From assembly GCA_963749495.1 (NCBI GenBank), contig CAVVMW010000023.1, forward strand, positions 576,001-640,000: a stretch of DNA of 64,000 bases. The letters are read 5' to 3'. The notes under the pieces were generated by a model. The model did no database searches. It was not told where the DNA came from and worked only from the letters and a program-made list of their open reading frames with translations. The translations under genes and the position numbers were made by a program. The number at the start of each line of letters is the position of its first letter. Positions within the stretch are counted from its first letter, which is position 1. The DNA comes from an uncultured bacterium (lineage in GTDB: Bacteria > Verrucomicrobiota > Verrucomicrobiia > Limisphaerales > UBA8199). Shown piece after piece: positions 8,216 through 17,204 of this stretch.

Positions 8216-10738
8216 TCAATCACCGCTCACGCGCAGCAGGGTGACGCCCTGCGCCGATTCATCGCCCTTTTCCGCAACGGCCCGCACCACCACTTCGGGC
8301 CAGGACAGTTTGGGCATGGCCAGGACGCATTGGAACCGCTGCGCGTCTGCGACGGCGGTTGCCGAGGCGACCACGAACTGGTTGGCCCGGCCGCGGTTCT
8401 CGGCCGCGATGCGTTCGCGGGCGGCGCGATTTGCCGGGGAGTCCGGTGGCAATGGTTCCAGGTTCGCCGGCCGCGAGGACAGGGGACGTTCGAGCGTCAC
8501 GCGCAACGCGGCCCCGGCCAGCCGAGCCGGCACGGTGCCGTTCACGGTGAGGCCCTGGCCCGCGTGCACCGGGCCGGTGATGTCCAGGGAAACATCCACC
8601 GGCACCACCGGCAGGCGCAGGGCGGGGTCGCCCAGCAACATCCACATTTCCAGATCTTCGAGGCGCTGCCTCGCCAGCGGCACCTTGCCGGCGGTGCCAT
8701 CGCCGTAGTCCATCAGCCTGAACGTCAGCGCGTCGATCGGGCCCCGCGCCAATCCGGCCTGCACGCCCAGCCAGTAATCGGCCAGCCGGGGCGGGAATGG
8801 CGTCCGCGCCAAACACCCCAGCAAACCATCGCCTGCCAACAATCCCGCGGCGGAGTAACTTTCAGCGCTGGCCCCGATCACCGCCACCGGCCCGGCCGGA
8901 TTGCGCATCGCCCCCAGGCAGTAACCATCGCCCTCCCCCAACTCGCACCCGAAGCAACCGCAACTCAAGAACACTCCTTGTCCTGGCCCCAGCTTCATCC
9001 CTGTCCAATCGTCGCGGGACAGAAACATCCCATCGCCGCCCCCCAGGCCATCAACGCCGGAATGCCCCATGTAAATCGAGAACAACGCGCCCGCTTGGAG
9101 ACTGTCCATCGCCGCATCGTGGAGGCTGGCGCTCGGGCAATAATAAGCCGAGGCCGGAATGTCAAACACCGCGCGCAGAGTCCAAGCCGAGTGCAGTTTG
9201 CCGAGCCGTTGCGCCATCAACTGCCCGACGAACATTTCGCCCAATGGCCCGGCGCCCGGGTTGCCCGCGAGGAGGGCCAGCCGGCTCCTCCACGCGCCGG
9301 GGCGGCTGCAATTCTGCTCCATGCTCAACGTCTTCTCCACCATCCCTTGCATCTCCTGGACCGTGCGGGCCGGGAAGCGGCCCACGGCGGCGGCGCAGTC
9401 CCCGTCCGCGTCCCGCCGCGGCAGGCCATAGCCGTAGTCGCTGGGCCACTGTTTCATCACGCCATTTTTTCCGGGCATGGCGGGCACCACGATTTGCTGA
9501 GCTGCCACGGGGTCCGGCGTCCCCGCGGTGCCCGCCAGCAGGACATAGTTTGGTCCCTTGGCCGGTCCCAGGAGCCGGCGGATGCACGCCTGGAGCGGCG
9601 CGCCTTGCGAGAGCCAAATCTGCTCCGGGCTGAGCGCGTTTGTCGTTTCGACGACAAGGACCTTGAATCCCTGCGCGCGTCGTTGCTCGATGAGCGGCGC
9701 CAAGGGAGCGCGGAACGCCGGGGCGGTCGCCACGAGCCAGACTCCCTGCGTGGGGGTGAGCGCATCCATGCTCTCCGGCGGGCCCGAACCGGGCGGATGA
9801 AGCTCCCTGGCCAGAGTCTCAGTCCCCGCCGCCGCCTGGCGGATGCGCTCGACGAAGCGGTCATCCCCGGCGCCGGCATAGAACCGCACATCAGCCAGCC
9901 AACCGTCAAACGAGACCATGCGGAGCACGCCGGCGAACACATTCGTCCGCACCACTTGAGGAACGTCAGCCACCCAACCGTCAGACCACATGAAACGGCG
10001 CGGCGCCTTGCCCAGGTAGAGGGCGCCATTGGTCCCGAACTCGACCCTCTGGCGGTGCGCCGCGGTCGTCGTGACGAGTGCGGCCCGCATAGACTCGGCG
10101 CCCAGGTAACCCATGAGATTGGTGCCGTCATAGACCATCGCGGCAAAACACCACCGATTCTCCGGCAGATCGAATGGGAACATTGCTCGGGCGCCGATGC
10201 CATTGACCTTGAATTCCAGCCCGCAGCCGGCCAGCAATCCCATCTCGATGTTGTTGGCCGCTCCCAGGACGAGGGGATTCCCGCCGCCCCAAAGGAGGAA
10301 AAGCCGGGACATGACCGGCAGCGTGTGCGTGCTGCCCGTCCGTTCCTTCTGTTTGAACCACAGCGTCGCCGTGAAGGCGCGGACGTCGCCGAAACCGAGG
10401 CTGGCGTTGGTCACGACCGCCACGACGGGTTCAGGGGCTCCCGGCCGCGCGTTCCTCAAACTAAAAAGATGGAGCGCCCCGCCGCGGTTGGCCGGTCCAC
10501 AGCCAGGGGCAGCCGGATGGCCGGTTGGCGGGCCGGCACCGTTCAGGGTGTGTAAAACCAGACCGAGGCCGCCGTTGCTCGTGTCGCTCGCCGCCGTGGC
10601 GCCGGCGGCATCATCGAAGCCAAACCGGAACTTGAGGACCGGCTCCTGTGCGCGCGCCGCCCTTCCGAAAACACACAGCGCGGCAAGGAAGGCAACGCTT
10701 GTCCAACCCAGGGAGAATCGGTTTCTGGTCTGGCTCAT
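8216..10738 (-). CDS. Secreted LamG-like domain + C25 (gingipain-family) cysteine peptidase
   Basis: Signal peptide; WCFAAMVYDG and DVRFY LamG-like motifs; YVLLAG, SDYGY, VGRFP, YMGH, GC and LLGDP C25 motifs. Confidence 0.8.
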   Translation of the reverse strand: MSQTRNRFSLGWTSVAFLAALCVFGRAARAQEPVLKFRFGFDDAAGATAASDTSNGGLGLVLHTLNGAGPPTGHPAAPGCGPANRGGALHLFSLRNARPGAPEPVVAVVTNASLGFGDVRAFTATLWFKQKERTGSTHTLPVMSRLFLLWGGGNPLVLGAANNIEMGLLAGCGLEFKVNGIGARAMFPFDLPENRWCFAAMVYDGTNLMGYLGAESMRAALVTTTAAHRQRVEFGTNGALYLGKAPRRFMWSDGWVADVPQVVRTNVFAGVLRMVSFDGWLADVRFYAGAGDDRFVERIRQAAAGTETLARELHPPGSGPPESMDALTPTQGVWLVATAPAFRAPLAPLIEQRRAQGFKVLVVETTNALSPEQIWLSQGAPLQACIRRLLGPAKGPNYVLLAGTAGTPDPVAAQQIVVPAMPGKNGVMKQWPSDYGYGLPRRDADGDCAAAVGRFPARTVQEMQGMVEKTLSMEQNCSRPGAWRSRLALLAGNPGAGPLGEMFVGQLMAQRLGKLHSAWTLRAVFDIPASAYYCPSASLHDAAMDSLQAGALFSIYMGHSGVDGLGGGDGMFLSRDDWTGMKLGPGQGVFLSCGCFGCELGEGDGYCLGAMRNPAGPVAVIGASAESYSAAGLLAGDGLLGCLARTPFPPRLADYWLGVQAGLARGPIDALTFRLMDYGDGTAGKVPLARQRLEDLEMWMLLGDPALRLPVVPVDVSLDITGPVHAGQGLTVNGTVPARLAGAALRVTLERPLSSRPANLEPLPPDSPANRAARERIAAENRGRANQFVVASATAVADAQRFQCVLAMPKLSWPEVVVRAVAEKGDESAQGVTLLRVSGD

Positions 10739-10846
10739 GGCTGCAGAATGATGGCTCTTCAGGCGGCCTTCCGCTGGCCCCCCAGGTGCTCCGGCCCGGC
10801 CCCAATACGGGCTTCATTTGAGCTTCTTAGAGGCGGTTGCAGAATT

Positions 10847-10922
10847 AACCGCAAAGAACGCAAAGATCGCAGAGAAACGCCTTGATTCCGGGCTCTTTGT
10901 GTTCTCTGCGTTCTTTGCGGTT
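10847..10922. repeat. Hairpin made of 9-bp tandem units
   Basis: AACCGCAAAGAACGCAAAGATCGCAGAG...CTTTGTGTTCTCTGCGTTCTTTGCGGTT. Confidence 0.8.
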
Positions 10923-11066
10923 TGTTTCGCCACTGTCTCTTAACCCAAAAACCGCCGCGTGCCGCCGCCACATTGACCGCCTCCCGCCACCGCGTCAAGC
11001 TTGGGGCGCCTCGGGCATACGGAGGGAGGGCCATCAACAAAGTCGCTCGGCGCGCCTGTGCGCCAG

Positions 11067-11203
11067 CGTAGCGCAGGTTTCCAAACCTGCTGTATCGCGG
11101 GTTTCCAAACCCGCAGGCCGTCCGCAAATCGGCGGCGCTCGACATGCTGACGCCTTGCCGATTGGAAATCGGCGACACAGCAGGTTTGGAAACCTGCGCT
11201 ACG
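11067..11203. repeat. GTAG-tagged REP/BIME-like element
   Basis: CGTAGCGCAGGTTTCCAAACCTGC...GCAGGTTTGGAAACCTGCGCTACG outer inverted pair with internal hairpins. Confidence 0.85.
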
Positions 11204-11281
11204 ACTAAAATAGTGTGCGTGGGAATGGGTCGCATAGGCCAGCAATGCGAACTTGCCGAGCGAGAATTGCTTTCTTGGGCC

Positions 11282-11308
11282 TCAAGTATTGCCAGCCGCG
11301 TCCGATAT
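11282..11308 (+). promoter_or_regulatory. Putative sigma28 (FliA)-type promoter
   Basis: TCAA-N15-TCCGATAT, close to TAAA-N15-GCCGATAA, about 40 bp before ATG 11350. Confidence 0.5.
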
Positions 11309-11349
11309 GCCAGATGGCCCCCGTCAGGGAGGCCGATGAGAGCAAGAAT

Positions 11350-11934
11350 ATGAGCGCGGTGACCGGTGTTTCGAGTTCGTCGGGGATTGCTTACGCTACA
11401 CAGTTGGCGCAAACCTCGTCGCTGAATCGGAGTCTTTACAATCTCGGCGCGGCTGTCCAGAAGGGCGACTTGACTTCAGCCGGCTCCATTCTCAGCGCGC
11501 TGATGAAGGCCAACCCGCAATACGCTTCATCCTCTGCCGACGGCACTTCAGCCCAAAATCCCGTCAATCAGGACTTCCAGGCTCTGAGCGATGCCGTGGC
11601 CAATAACCAGGCTGACGCCGCCAAGAGCGCCTGGGCGCAGCTCCAGACCGATCTGGCGGCAAGCGGCATTACCACGACCGATGACGGCGCTGCGGCCACG
11701 GCCCAACTCCTGGCCCAGACCAAGTCTTCTCTGGATCAGGAAATCCTGAGCGCCTCCTTTGGCAGCACCTCTGCAGGCTCGCTGACTGCCCTTATCGGCG
11801 CGGATAACCCCTCAATGGCCGGCGTGGACTTGAGTTCCATCGTGAGCAACTGGCTCACCTATAAGGCTGACGGCAACGCTTCACCGCCGGCATCTGCGAG
11901 CACTGCTGAGGGAAACGTCAACACTACGGCCTGA
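11350..11934 (+). CDS. Hypothetical Ser/Ala/Gln-rich helical protein
   Basis: MSAVTGVSSSSG N-terminus; two related L..A(V)Q.(G)D/Q..AA helical units; no Sec signal. Confidence 0.7.
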   Translation: MSAVTGVSSSSGIAYATQLAQTSSLNRSLYNLGAAVQKGDLTSAGSILSALMKANPQYASSSADGTSAQNPVNQDFQALSDAVANNQADAAKSAWAQLQTDLAASGITTTDDGAAATAQLLAQTKSSLDQEILSASFGSTSAGSLTALIGADNPSMAGVDLSSIVSNWLTYKADGNASPPASASTAEGNVNTTA

Positions 11935-11995
11935 ACGGCGCGGCGCAACGCCGGCCTGCCCGACCCATCCCCTCGGGCTGCGAAATATGTCCGGT

Positions 11996-14542
11996 TCAAT
12001 GCCTCCTGAGGATGAGCCTGTGGTCCACGCGCCGGGTCTGGTGGTGCTCCAGCGGGGGCAGGTCGGTGAGGGTGGGGGATTGGGTTTCATTGAGGATGGT
12101 CCTGGCCATGGCCTGGAGGGCGCGCCATCGGGGCCAATCCAGTTCGGGGGCGTGGGCGATTTGGCGCAGCAGGCTGCGCCATTCGATGATCACCCGGTCA
12201 ATGTCCCCGGGCCCCAGCAAATCCGTGACCCAGAGGTGTTTGCTCGACGGGTCTTTGTGGACCGAGGCCACGACTTGTTCGGCGCCGGCGCCGTACTTGG
12301 GGGGCACGCCGTTTTCGAGGTAGCCGGGGACGGAGGTCAGCCCGAATTTTTCGTGGCAGGCCAGTCCCAGGCGGCCGCCCCAGCGGTTGGTCTCCTGGCT
12401 GCAGAAGCGGAACCCGGCATCGAGGTTGGCCAGGTCGTAGATCAGTTCATCCAAAGGATAGGTTTGGTCCTCCAGCGCCGCCGCCACCGCCAGGCCGTCG
12501 CCTTGGGAGAAGAAACTCACGATGCGCCCCCGCAAGGTCGGCACGCCGGCACCGTCCACCAGGCCCAGCCGCCGCCACAACAGCGCCACCCCGGTGCCGG
12601 CGGGCAGGCCGCGGCAGACCGGCACCAGCGAGCACCGGGCGCAGTCCGCAGGCAACACCTCCCGTTGCGGCGGCCGCCACAGGGCCACGCCATGCGCGTC
12701 CACCGGCACCCGCACCGTCAGATCGGCAATGCTCACGTAAGCGACAATCCGCTGGGCCTGGTTTTGGAAACTGACCACCGGCGTCTTCTGCCCCGCCAGT
12801 TTCTCCTGGACCAGCGGCGCAATCCGCTCGTTCCAGAGCCGGAGCGGGGCCTGCCGCCCGTTCCAATTGGTCAGCCGGCGAATCCACTTGGCTAGCATGA
12901 TGCGCCCCCCGTCCAGGCGGTCCGCCACGGTCATCGCCCGGCCATGGACCTTGCCGCGCTCGTCGTCGGACAGGACGCACAGGGTGCCGTGGCCGACCTT
13001 TTCGAGGGCGGCCGGCTCGGAGAGGGCCGGGCGCAGCTTCCACTGTTGGGCCTCCAGGGGCCCATCGCCTGGAGGCGGGGATTTGGCCTGGGCGGCGGGC
13101 TGCTGGCCGTTGATGAGCGGCAAGAGGCGGACCTCCCGGAGCGGCATCGGGACCGGCGCCGGGTAGGGCTGCCACTGGCCGCGGCTGTCGAGCATCTCGC
13201 GCACAGGCTTGCGCACGTGGCGCGCCCGTTCCGCATCGGTCTTCAAACCGCAGGGGACCTGCGGATGACGCAGGGATTCTTCGACACCGAGGCAGATGGG
13301 CTTGGTTGCGAAGAGCCGTTCCTGGGCCTGGACCGCCTGGCGGTAGGGGTCCTGGCCTTGCTGGGCGGCCGTAGCCATCAACCCCAGTAGCGCGCCCCAG
13401 TCCACCGCCCCGCTCCGGGACAGGTGGCCGGGATGCGCGTCGAGCAGGCGCAATTCGTTGGCCGTGATCAGCACGTAACCGGTCTCGTCCAGGCCGCGCC
13501 GCCCGGCCCGGCCGAACATCTGCAGGATCTCGTCCGGTTTGAGCAGTTGCTCGGCCTCGTCGCGGCGGTAGGATTCGGCCGCCAAGGCCACGCTGCGCAG
13601 CGAGAAGTTGATCCCGGCCGCCAGGCCCATCGTCGCGACCACCACCCGGAGCTGGCCCGCCTTGGCCAGCGGCTCGATGACCCCCGCCCGCGCGCCGTAG
13701 CTCAGTCCGCTATGGTGGAAGGCGACCCGGCTCTTGAGCAGCTTGGCCAAGTGCTCGCCCGCGATCAGCTTCTGCGCCGTGCTCAGGGCCAGCGGGTTGG
13801 GTGTGGGCAATTGGCGGGCGAGGTCGGCGGCCATGGACTCGGCGGCCTGGCGGCGCGGGGCGAAGATGAGGATGGGGCCCAGGTCTTCAGCCAGGGCCTT
13901 GGCCACCAGGCGCGGCCAGTAGCCGCGAATCTCGTCGGGCAGGTGGTAGTTGAGGCTGTTGGCGTGGACCTCCTCCAGGGGCACGGGGCGGTGCTCATGG
14001 CGGACCAGGACCGCCTGGCGTCCCAGCCGTTGCAGCCACTTGACCACGTCCTGCGGGTTGGCCACACTCCCGCTGAGCAGCAGCAACTGGGTCTGCGCCG
14101 GCGCCAGCGCCAGCGCCAGTTCGTAATTCAAACCCCGGTCCAGGTCGCTCACCATCTGGTACTCGTCCACAACCAGCAGGGCGGGGCCCTGCCCCTGCAT
14201 CAGGCGGTTCTTTTGCGTCTCCAGCGTCGCCACCACCACCGGCGCCCCCAGGTTCTCGGCCAGGTCCCCGGTCGCAATACCCACATCCCAGCCCCGCGCC
14301 CGCCATTCGGCCAGCTTGTCGTTGGCCAGCGCCCGCGTCGGCACCGTGTAAATCGCCTGCCCCCGGTTCTTGCCTTGGTTGGACCATAGCTCGAAGACCA
14401 GCGTCTTGCCCGAGCCCGTCGGCGCCTGCACCACCACGTCCTTGCCCTGCCGCAACGCGGCCACCGCCTCCTGCTGCCACAGGTCGGGCACGGTCACCTG
14501 GTTCAAGGCCGGCAATTCTGCGAATGGAGAGAAGTTGGACAC
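11996..14542 (-). CDS. Ski2-like SF2 (DEAD/DEAH box) helicase
   Basis: APTGSGKT, PTRALAND, DEYQ, HHSG, GINF and QMFGRAGRRG motifs. Confidence 0.9.
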   Translation of the reverse strand: MSNFSPFAELPALNQVTVPDLWQQEAVAALRQGKDVVVQAPTGSGKTLVFELWSNQGKNRGQAIYTVPTRALANDKLAEWRARGWDVGIATGDLAENLGAPVVVATLETQKNRLMQGQGPALLVVDEYQMVSDLDRGLNYELALALAPAQTQLLLLSGSVANPQDVVKWLQRLGRQAVLVRHEHRPVPLEEVHANSLNYHLPDEIRGYWPRLVAKALAEDLGPILIFAPRRQAAESMAADLARQLPTPNPLALSTAQKLIAGEHLAKLLKSRVAFHHSGLSYGARAGVIEPLAKAGQLRVVVATMGLAAGINFSLRSVALAAESYRRDEAEQLLKPDEILQMFGRAGRRGLDETGYVLITANELRLLDAHPGHLSRSGAVDWGALLGLMATAAQQGQDPYRQAVQAQERLFATKPICLGVEESLRHPQVPCGLKTDAERARHVRKPVREMLDSRGQWQPYPAPVPMPLREVRLLPLINGQQPAAQAKSPPPGDGPLEAQQWKLRPALSEPAALEKVGHGTLCVLSDDERGKVHGRAMTVADRLDGGRIMLAKWIRRLTNWNGRQAPLRLWNERIAPLVQEKLAGQKTPVVSFQNQAQRIVAYVSIADLTVRVPVDAHGVALWRPPQREVLPADCARCSLVPVCRGLPAGTGVALLWRRLGLVDGAGVPTLRGRIVSFFSQGDGLAVAAALEDQTYPLDELIYDLANLDAGFRFCSQETNRWGGRLGLACHEKFGLTSVPGYLENGVPPKYGAGAEQVVASVHKDPSSKHLWVTDLLGPGDIDRVIIEWRSLLRQIAHAPELDWPRWRALQAMARTILNETQSPTLTDLPPLEHHQTRRVDHRLILRRH

Positions 14543-14658
14543 GGGATTCTAGTCATCTCAGTTCCGCGGGCGCGGGCGCCTCAGGCGCCCCGAATGCGGC
14601 CACGCGCCTAACATAACCGCTTTTCCAGGAACTTGAAATGAAATCCCGCCGCCCAGCA

Positions 14659-16116
14659 CTAAGGCAGCGGCGCTCGGGGCGGGGCGACCTCCAGACAGGC
14701 CATGCGGGTGAGGTCGCGGGCCAGGAGCCGGCCGCCGGCCAGCGCCAGGGGTCCCCAGGACTCGCGGCCCTTGAGCACCTGGGCCTGGCCCAGGAGGTTG
14801 TATTTGCCGGGAGCCGCCTCGATGAGGCGCAGGAGGCCGGAGTCGTTCATGGCGAAGATCAGACCGTCAGCTATGAGGAACGAGCCCAGGCCGAATTGCT
14901 GGCCTGAATCGCTCGCCCAAGCGGTCTTGCCCTCGAGGGTCAGGCAGACGAACCGGCCATCGGGCCGGACGCCGTATATATGGTCCTCATAACAGATGGG
15001 TGTGTGCTGGGTGGCGCCAAACACCTCTGGCTGGAGCTTGAAGGCGGTCTGGGCGGAGAACTGGTCACCTTCCTTCTTGAGCTGGAGCATCAAGCTGCCC
15101 GCATTGTAGCCGCCCGAAAGAAAAATCCGCCCCCCCTCCAGCACGAGCGGAGAGGGCACGGTGGCGAGGCTGATCTTCCAATCCGTCGTCTCCCAAAGAA
15201 TGGACCCGGTCTTGGCGGAGACGCCCACAACGCCGTTGTTGGCGCAATACACATACATCCGCTCGCCGCCGAACTCGATGGGCATAACCGAGGAATGGGT
15301 CATCTTCCAGCCATGCGGATTTGGGGTTTGCCAGCGGACCTGGCCGGTCTTGCCATCCAACGCCAGGAGCAGAGCGCCTCGGCCACCGGGGGCGAGGATG
15401 ACTGCGCCGCTCTCGATAAGGGGGCATTGGCAGGCATACCAGGGCGGGACGGTTGTGCCATATTGGCGCACCAGGTCCAGTCCCCACCGCAACTCTCCGC
15501 TGGCACAGTCCAGGCAGACCACATGGCATTTCGGACCCATGCCAACGACAATTTGGTCATCTGCGGCAGGGACGGTGCGGGACATGCCGTGGTTGCGTTT
15601 GACCGAGACGGAGTAAGCGTAACGCCAGATCTCGGTGCCATCGGCCAGAGAGAGGCAGCGCAGGACATCCTGCTTGTGCTGGAGGTCGTAGTCCATGATA
15701 TAGACCCGGCCATTAAGAACGGCGGCCCCGGCATAACCGTCGCCAAGGTCTATGGCCCAGAGTTCGCGTGGGCCGGAGGCTGGCCACGTGCGCAGCAAGG
15801 GGAGCGATTCCCGGCCCAACCCGTCCCTGTCGACCCCGCGAAACTGGGGCCAGGCGCCGGGCAGAACGGCGGTCGGTGAGCCGCCCGAGGGGTGGTCGCT
15901 GGGGTGGGGCGCGCTATCGGCACGGGTCAATTTGCCGGCCAGGACCGGGTTGGGGCGGGCGCCCGCCTCGCCCGGGGGTTGGTCGGTCCCCGGCCTGCGC
16001 AACTCCAACGGCACGTTCGGGGCATGCCAATACCAAAAGGCCAGCACGGCCACCGCCGCAAGCCCCACCCCGCCTGGGAAAAGCAGGGTCATCCGCAAAA
16101 ACCGAGGTCTCTTCAT
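14659..16116 (-). CDS. Membrane-anchored PQQ-binding-like (BamB-type) beta-propeller protein
   Basis: N-terminal TM, WPQFRG, repeated G..lW blades; start moved to 16116 because the upstream ORF part runs through repeats. Confidence 0.85.
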   Translation of the reverse strand: MKRPRFLRMTLLFPGGVGLAAVAVLAFWYWHAPNVPLELRRPGTDQPPGEAGARPNPVLAGKLTRADSAPHPSDHPSGGSPTAVLPGAWPQFRGVDRDGLGRESLPLLRTWPASGPRELWAIDLGDGYAGAAVLNGRVYIMDYDLQHKQDVLRCLSLADGTEIWRYAYSVSVKRNHGMSRTVPAADDQIVVGMGPKCHVVCLDCASGELRWGLDLVRQYGTTVPPWYACQCPLIESGAVILAPGGRGALLLALDGKTGQVRWQTPNPHGWKMTHSSVMPIEFGGERMYVYCANNGVVGVSAKTGSILWETTDWKISLATVPSPLVLEGGRIFLSGGYNAGSLMLQLKKEGDQFSAQTAFKLQPEVFGATQHTPICYEDHIYGVRPDGRFVCLTLEGKTAWASDSGQQFGLGSFLIADGLIFAMNDSGLLRLIEAAPGKYNLLGQAQVLKGRESWGPLALAGGRLLARDLTRMACLEVAPPRAPLP

Positions 16117-16180
16117 CTCTGCGGCACACGTTGTAGCGGAAGCCGCACTGCGGGTCGAGTGCCGAGTCGCGCCCCAAATC

Positions 16181-16298
16181 TTAGCGAGGCGGAGCCTCAG
16201 ACCGTGGCTTGGGCATCTTGCCCAAGCCCCCACGGGTAGGATGCCCGTGCCACAAACTTGACTTGTCTGCATCACGTTTCGAAACTCAAGGAATCTAG
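16181..16298 (-). mobile_element. 118-bp MITE/REP-like element (copy 1)
   Basis: Near-identical reverse complement of 29275-29392; bounded by TTAG...CTAG. Confidence 0.8.
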
Positions 16299-16312
16299 CC
16301 TGGCCATTCTTA

Positions 16313-16376
16313 AACCACGGAATACACGGAGTACACGGAATGGGGCCTTTTTCCGTGTGTTCCTGTATTCCGTCGT
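16313..16376. repeat. Hairpin made of 9-bp tandem units
   Basis: AACCACGGAATACACGGAGTACACGGAA...TTCCGTGTGTTCCTGTATTCCGT. Confidence 0.75.
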
Positions 16377-16563
16377 CTATTTCCTGCCGATTGGCATGGG
16401 AATTGAACACCTCCAGTTCTTCCGGCGTTCTTTGCAGCAGCGGATTGACTAAGCGTGGATCTGGGTGAAATGGCGGCGGGCCAATACGGCTCATAGCCTT
16501 GAAGAGGTTTAATTGAGTTTAATTGGCTTTAAGGTTCGGGGTTCAGGGTTCACGTTTCACCTT

Positions 16564-16845
16564 TCACCCGTCCTCCGCAGTCCCGATCCTATCGGGACGG
16601 ATGGTGGACGCCTCACCTTTTCTCTCCTCGTCGGCAACGCATTTCGAGAATTCAGCGCCCACGGCTCGGAGGGCCGGGTCGCGAGAGGCGAGGAGCTCGG
16701 AGAGAGATTGCTGCCTGGTTGCGTGGAGGATGCGGGCACGGAAGTCGGCTTGGGCTTGCCTGGCTTGGGCCTCGGCTTCGATGCGGTCAGCGCGGCGGCG
16801 GTCCAGTTGGAGGGATTGAAAGCTGGAATTTCTCATGGACGCCAC
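16564..16845 (-). CDS. Hypothetical helical protein or gene fragment
   Basis: 93-aa ORF with coiled-coil-like composition; no motif recognised. Confidence 0.3.
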   Translation of the reverse strand: MASMRNSSFQSLQLDRRRADRIEAEAQARQAQADFRARILHATRQQSLSELLASRDPALRAVGAEFSKCVADEERKGEASTIRPDRIGTAEDG

Positions 16846-16969
16846 TATGCGCCGCCTCGACCGCTCCTGTCCACGGACAGAGCGGACTGTTCGGACAATG
16901 CGGAGTTTTTACGGTTGGGCCGGCTATCGATGGGGTGGATTTTGGCCGCCCGCGAAGCGGCAATGGCGG

Positions 16970-17119
16970 GTCTTTGTGAATGTCATCGCGCCGATCCCCA
17001 CGATTCCTCAGATGGTACACGGCACCCGGAAACTGAATGCGCAGTTGGCGCGGCATGGTCCATTGTGGCTGCCCCGCCCGTGCTGTCACTCGAAAATGCA
17101 CAATGTACGGGCTGACCCC
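16970..17119 (-). pseudogene. 5' stump of a Y1/HUH (RAYT-like) transposase with its terminal motif
   Basis: MPRQLRIQFPGAVYHLRNRGDRRDDI starting at 17056; TGACCCC end at 17113-17119. Confidence 0.75.
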
Positions 17120-17204
17120 TTTCCTGGACGGGCCGAAGTGCTCGCTTTTTTATTGCGCCAAGACCGCCATGAACTAAAATCGGCGTCAGGGTCTAAGCTG
17201 GATC

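Noticed and set aside
8330..10555. 741-aa plus-strand ORF and similar long antisense ORFs (17214..18950, 26564..28318, 34105..35943, 61246..63186)
   Set aside because: Shadows of motif-bearing genes on the opposite strand in GC-rich DNA
10759..11412. 217-aa minus-strand ORF
   Set aside because: Mostly translated REP and 9-mer repeats
16117..16494. N-terminal extension of the 611-aa PQQ ORF
   Set aside because: Runs through the 118-bp element and 9-mer hairpin; the TM anchor begins after 16116
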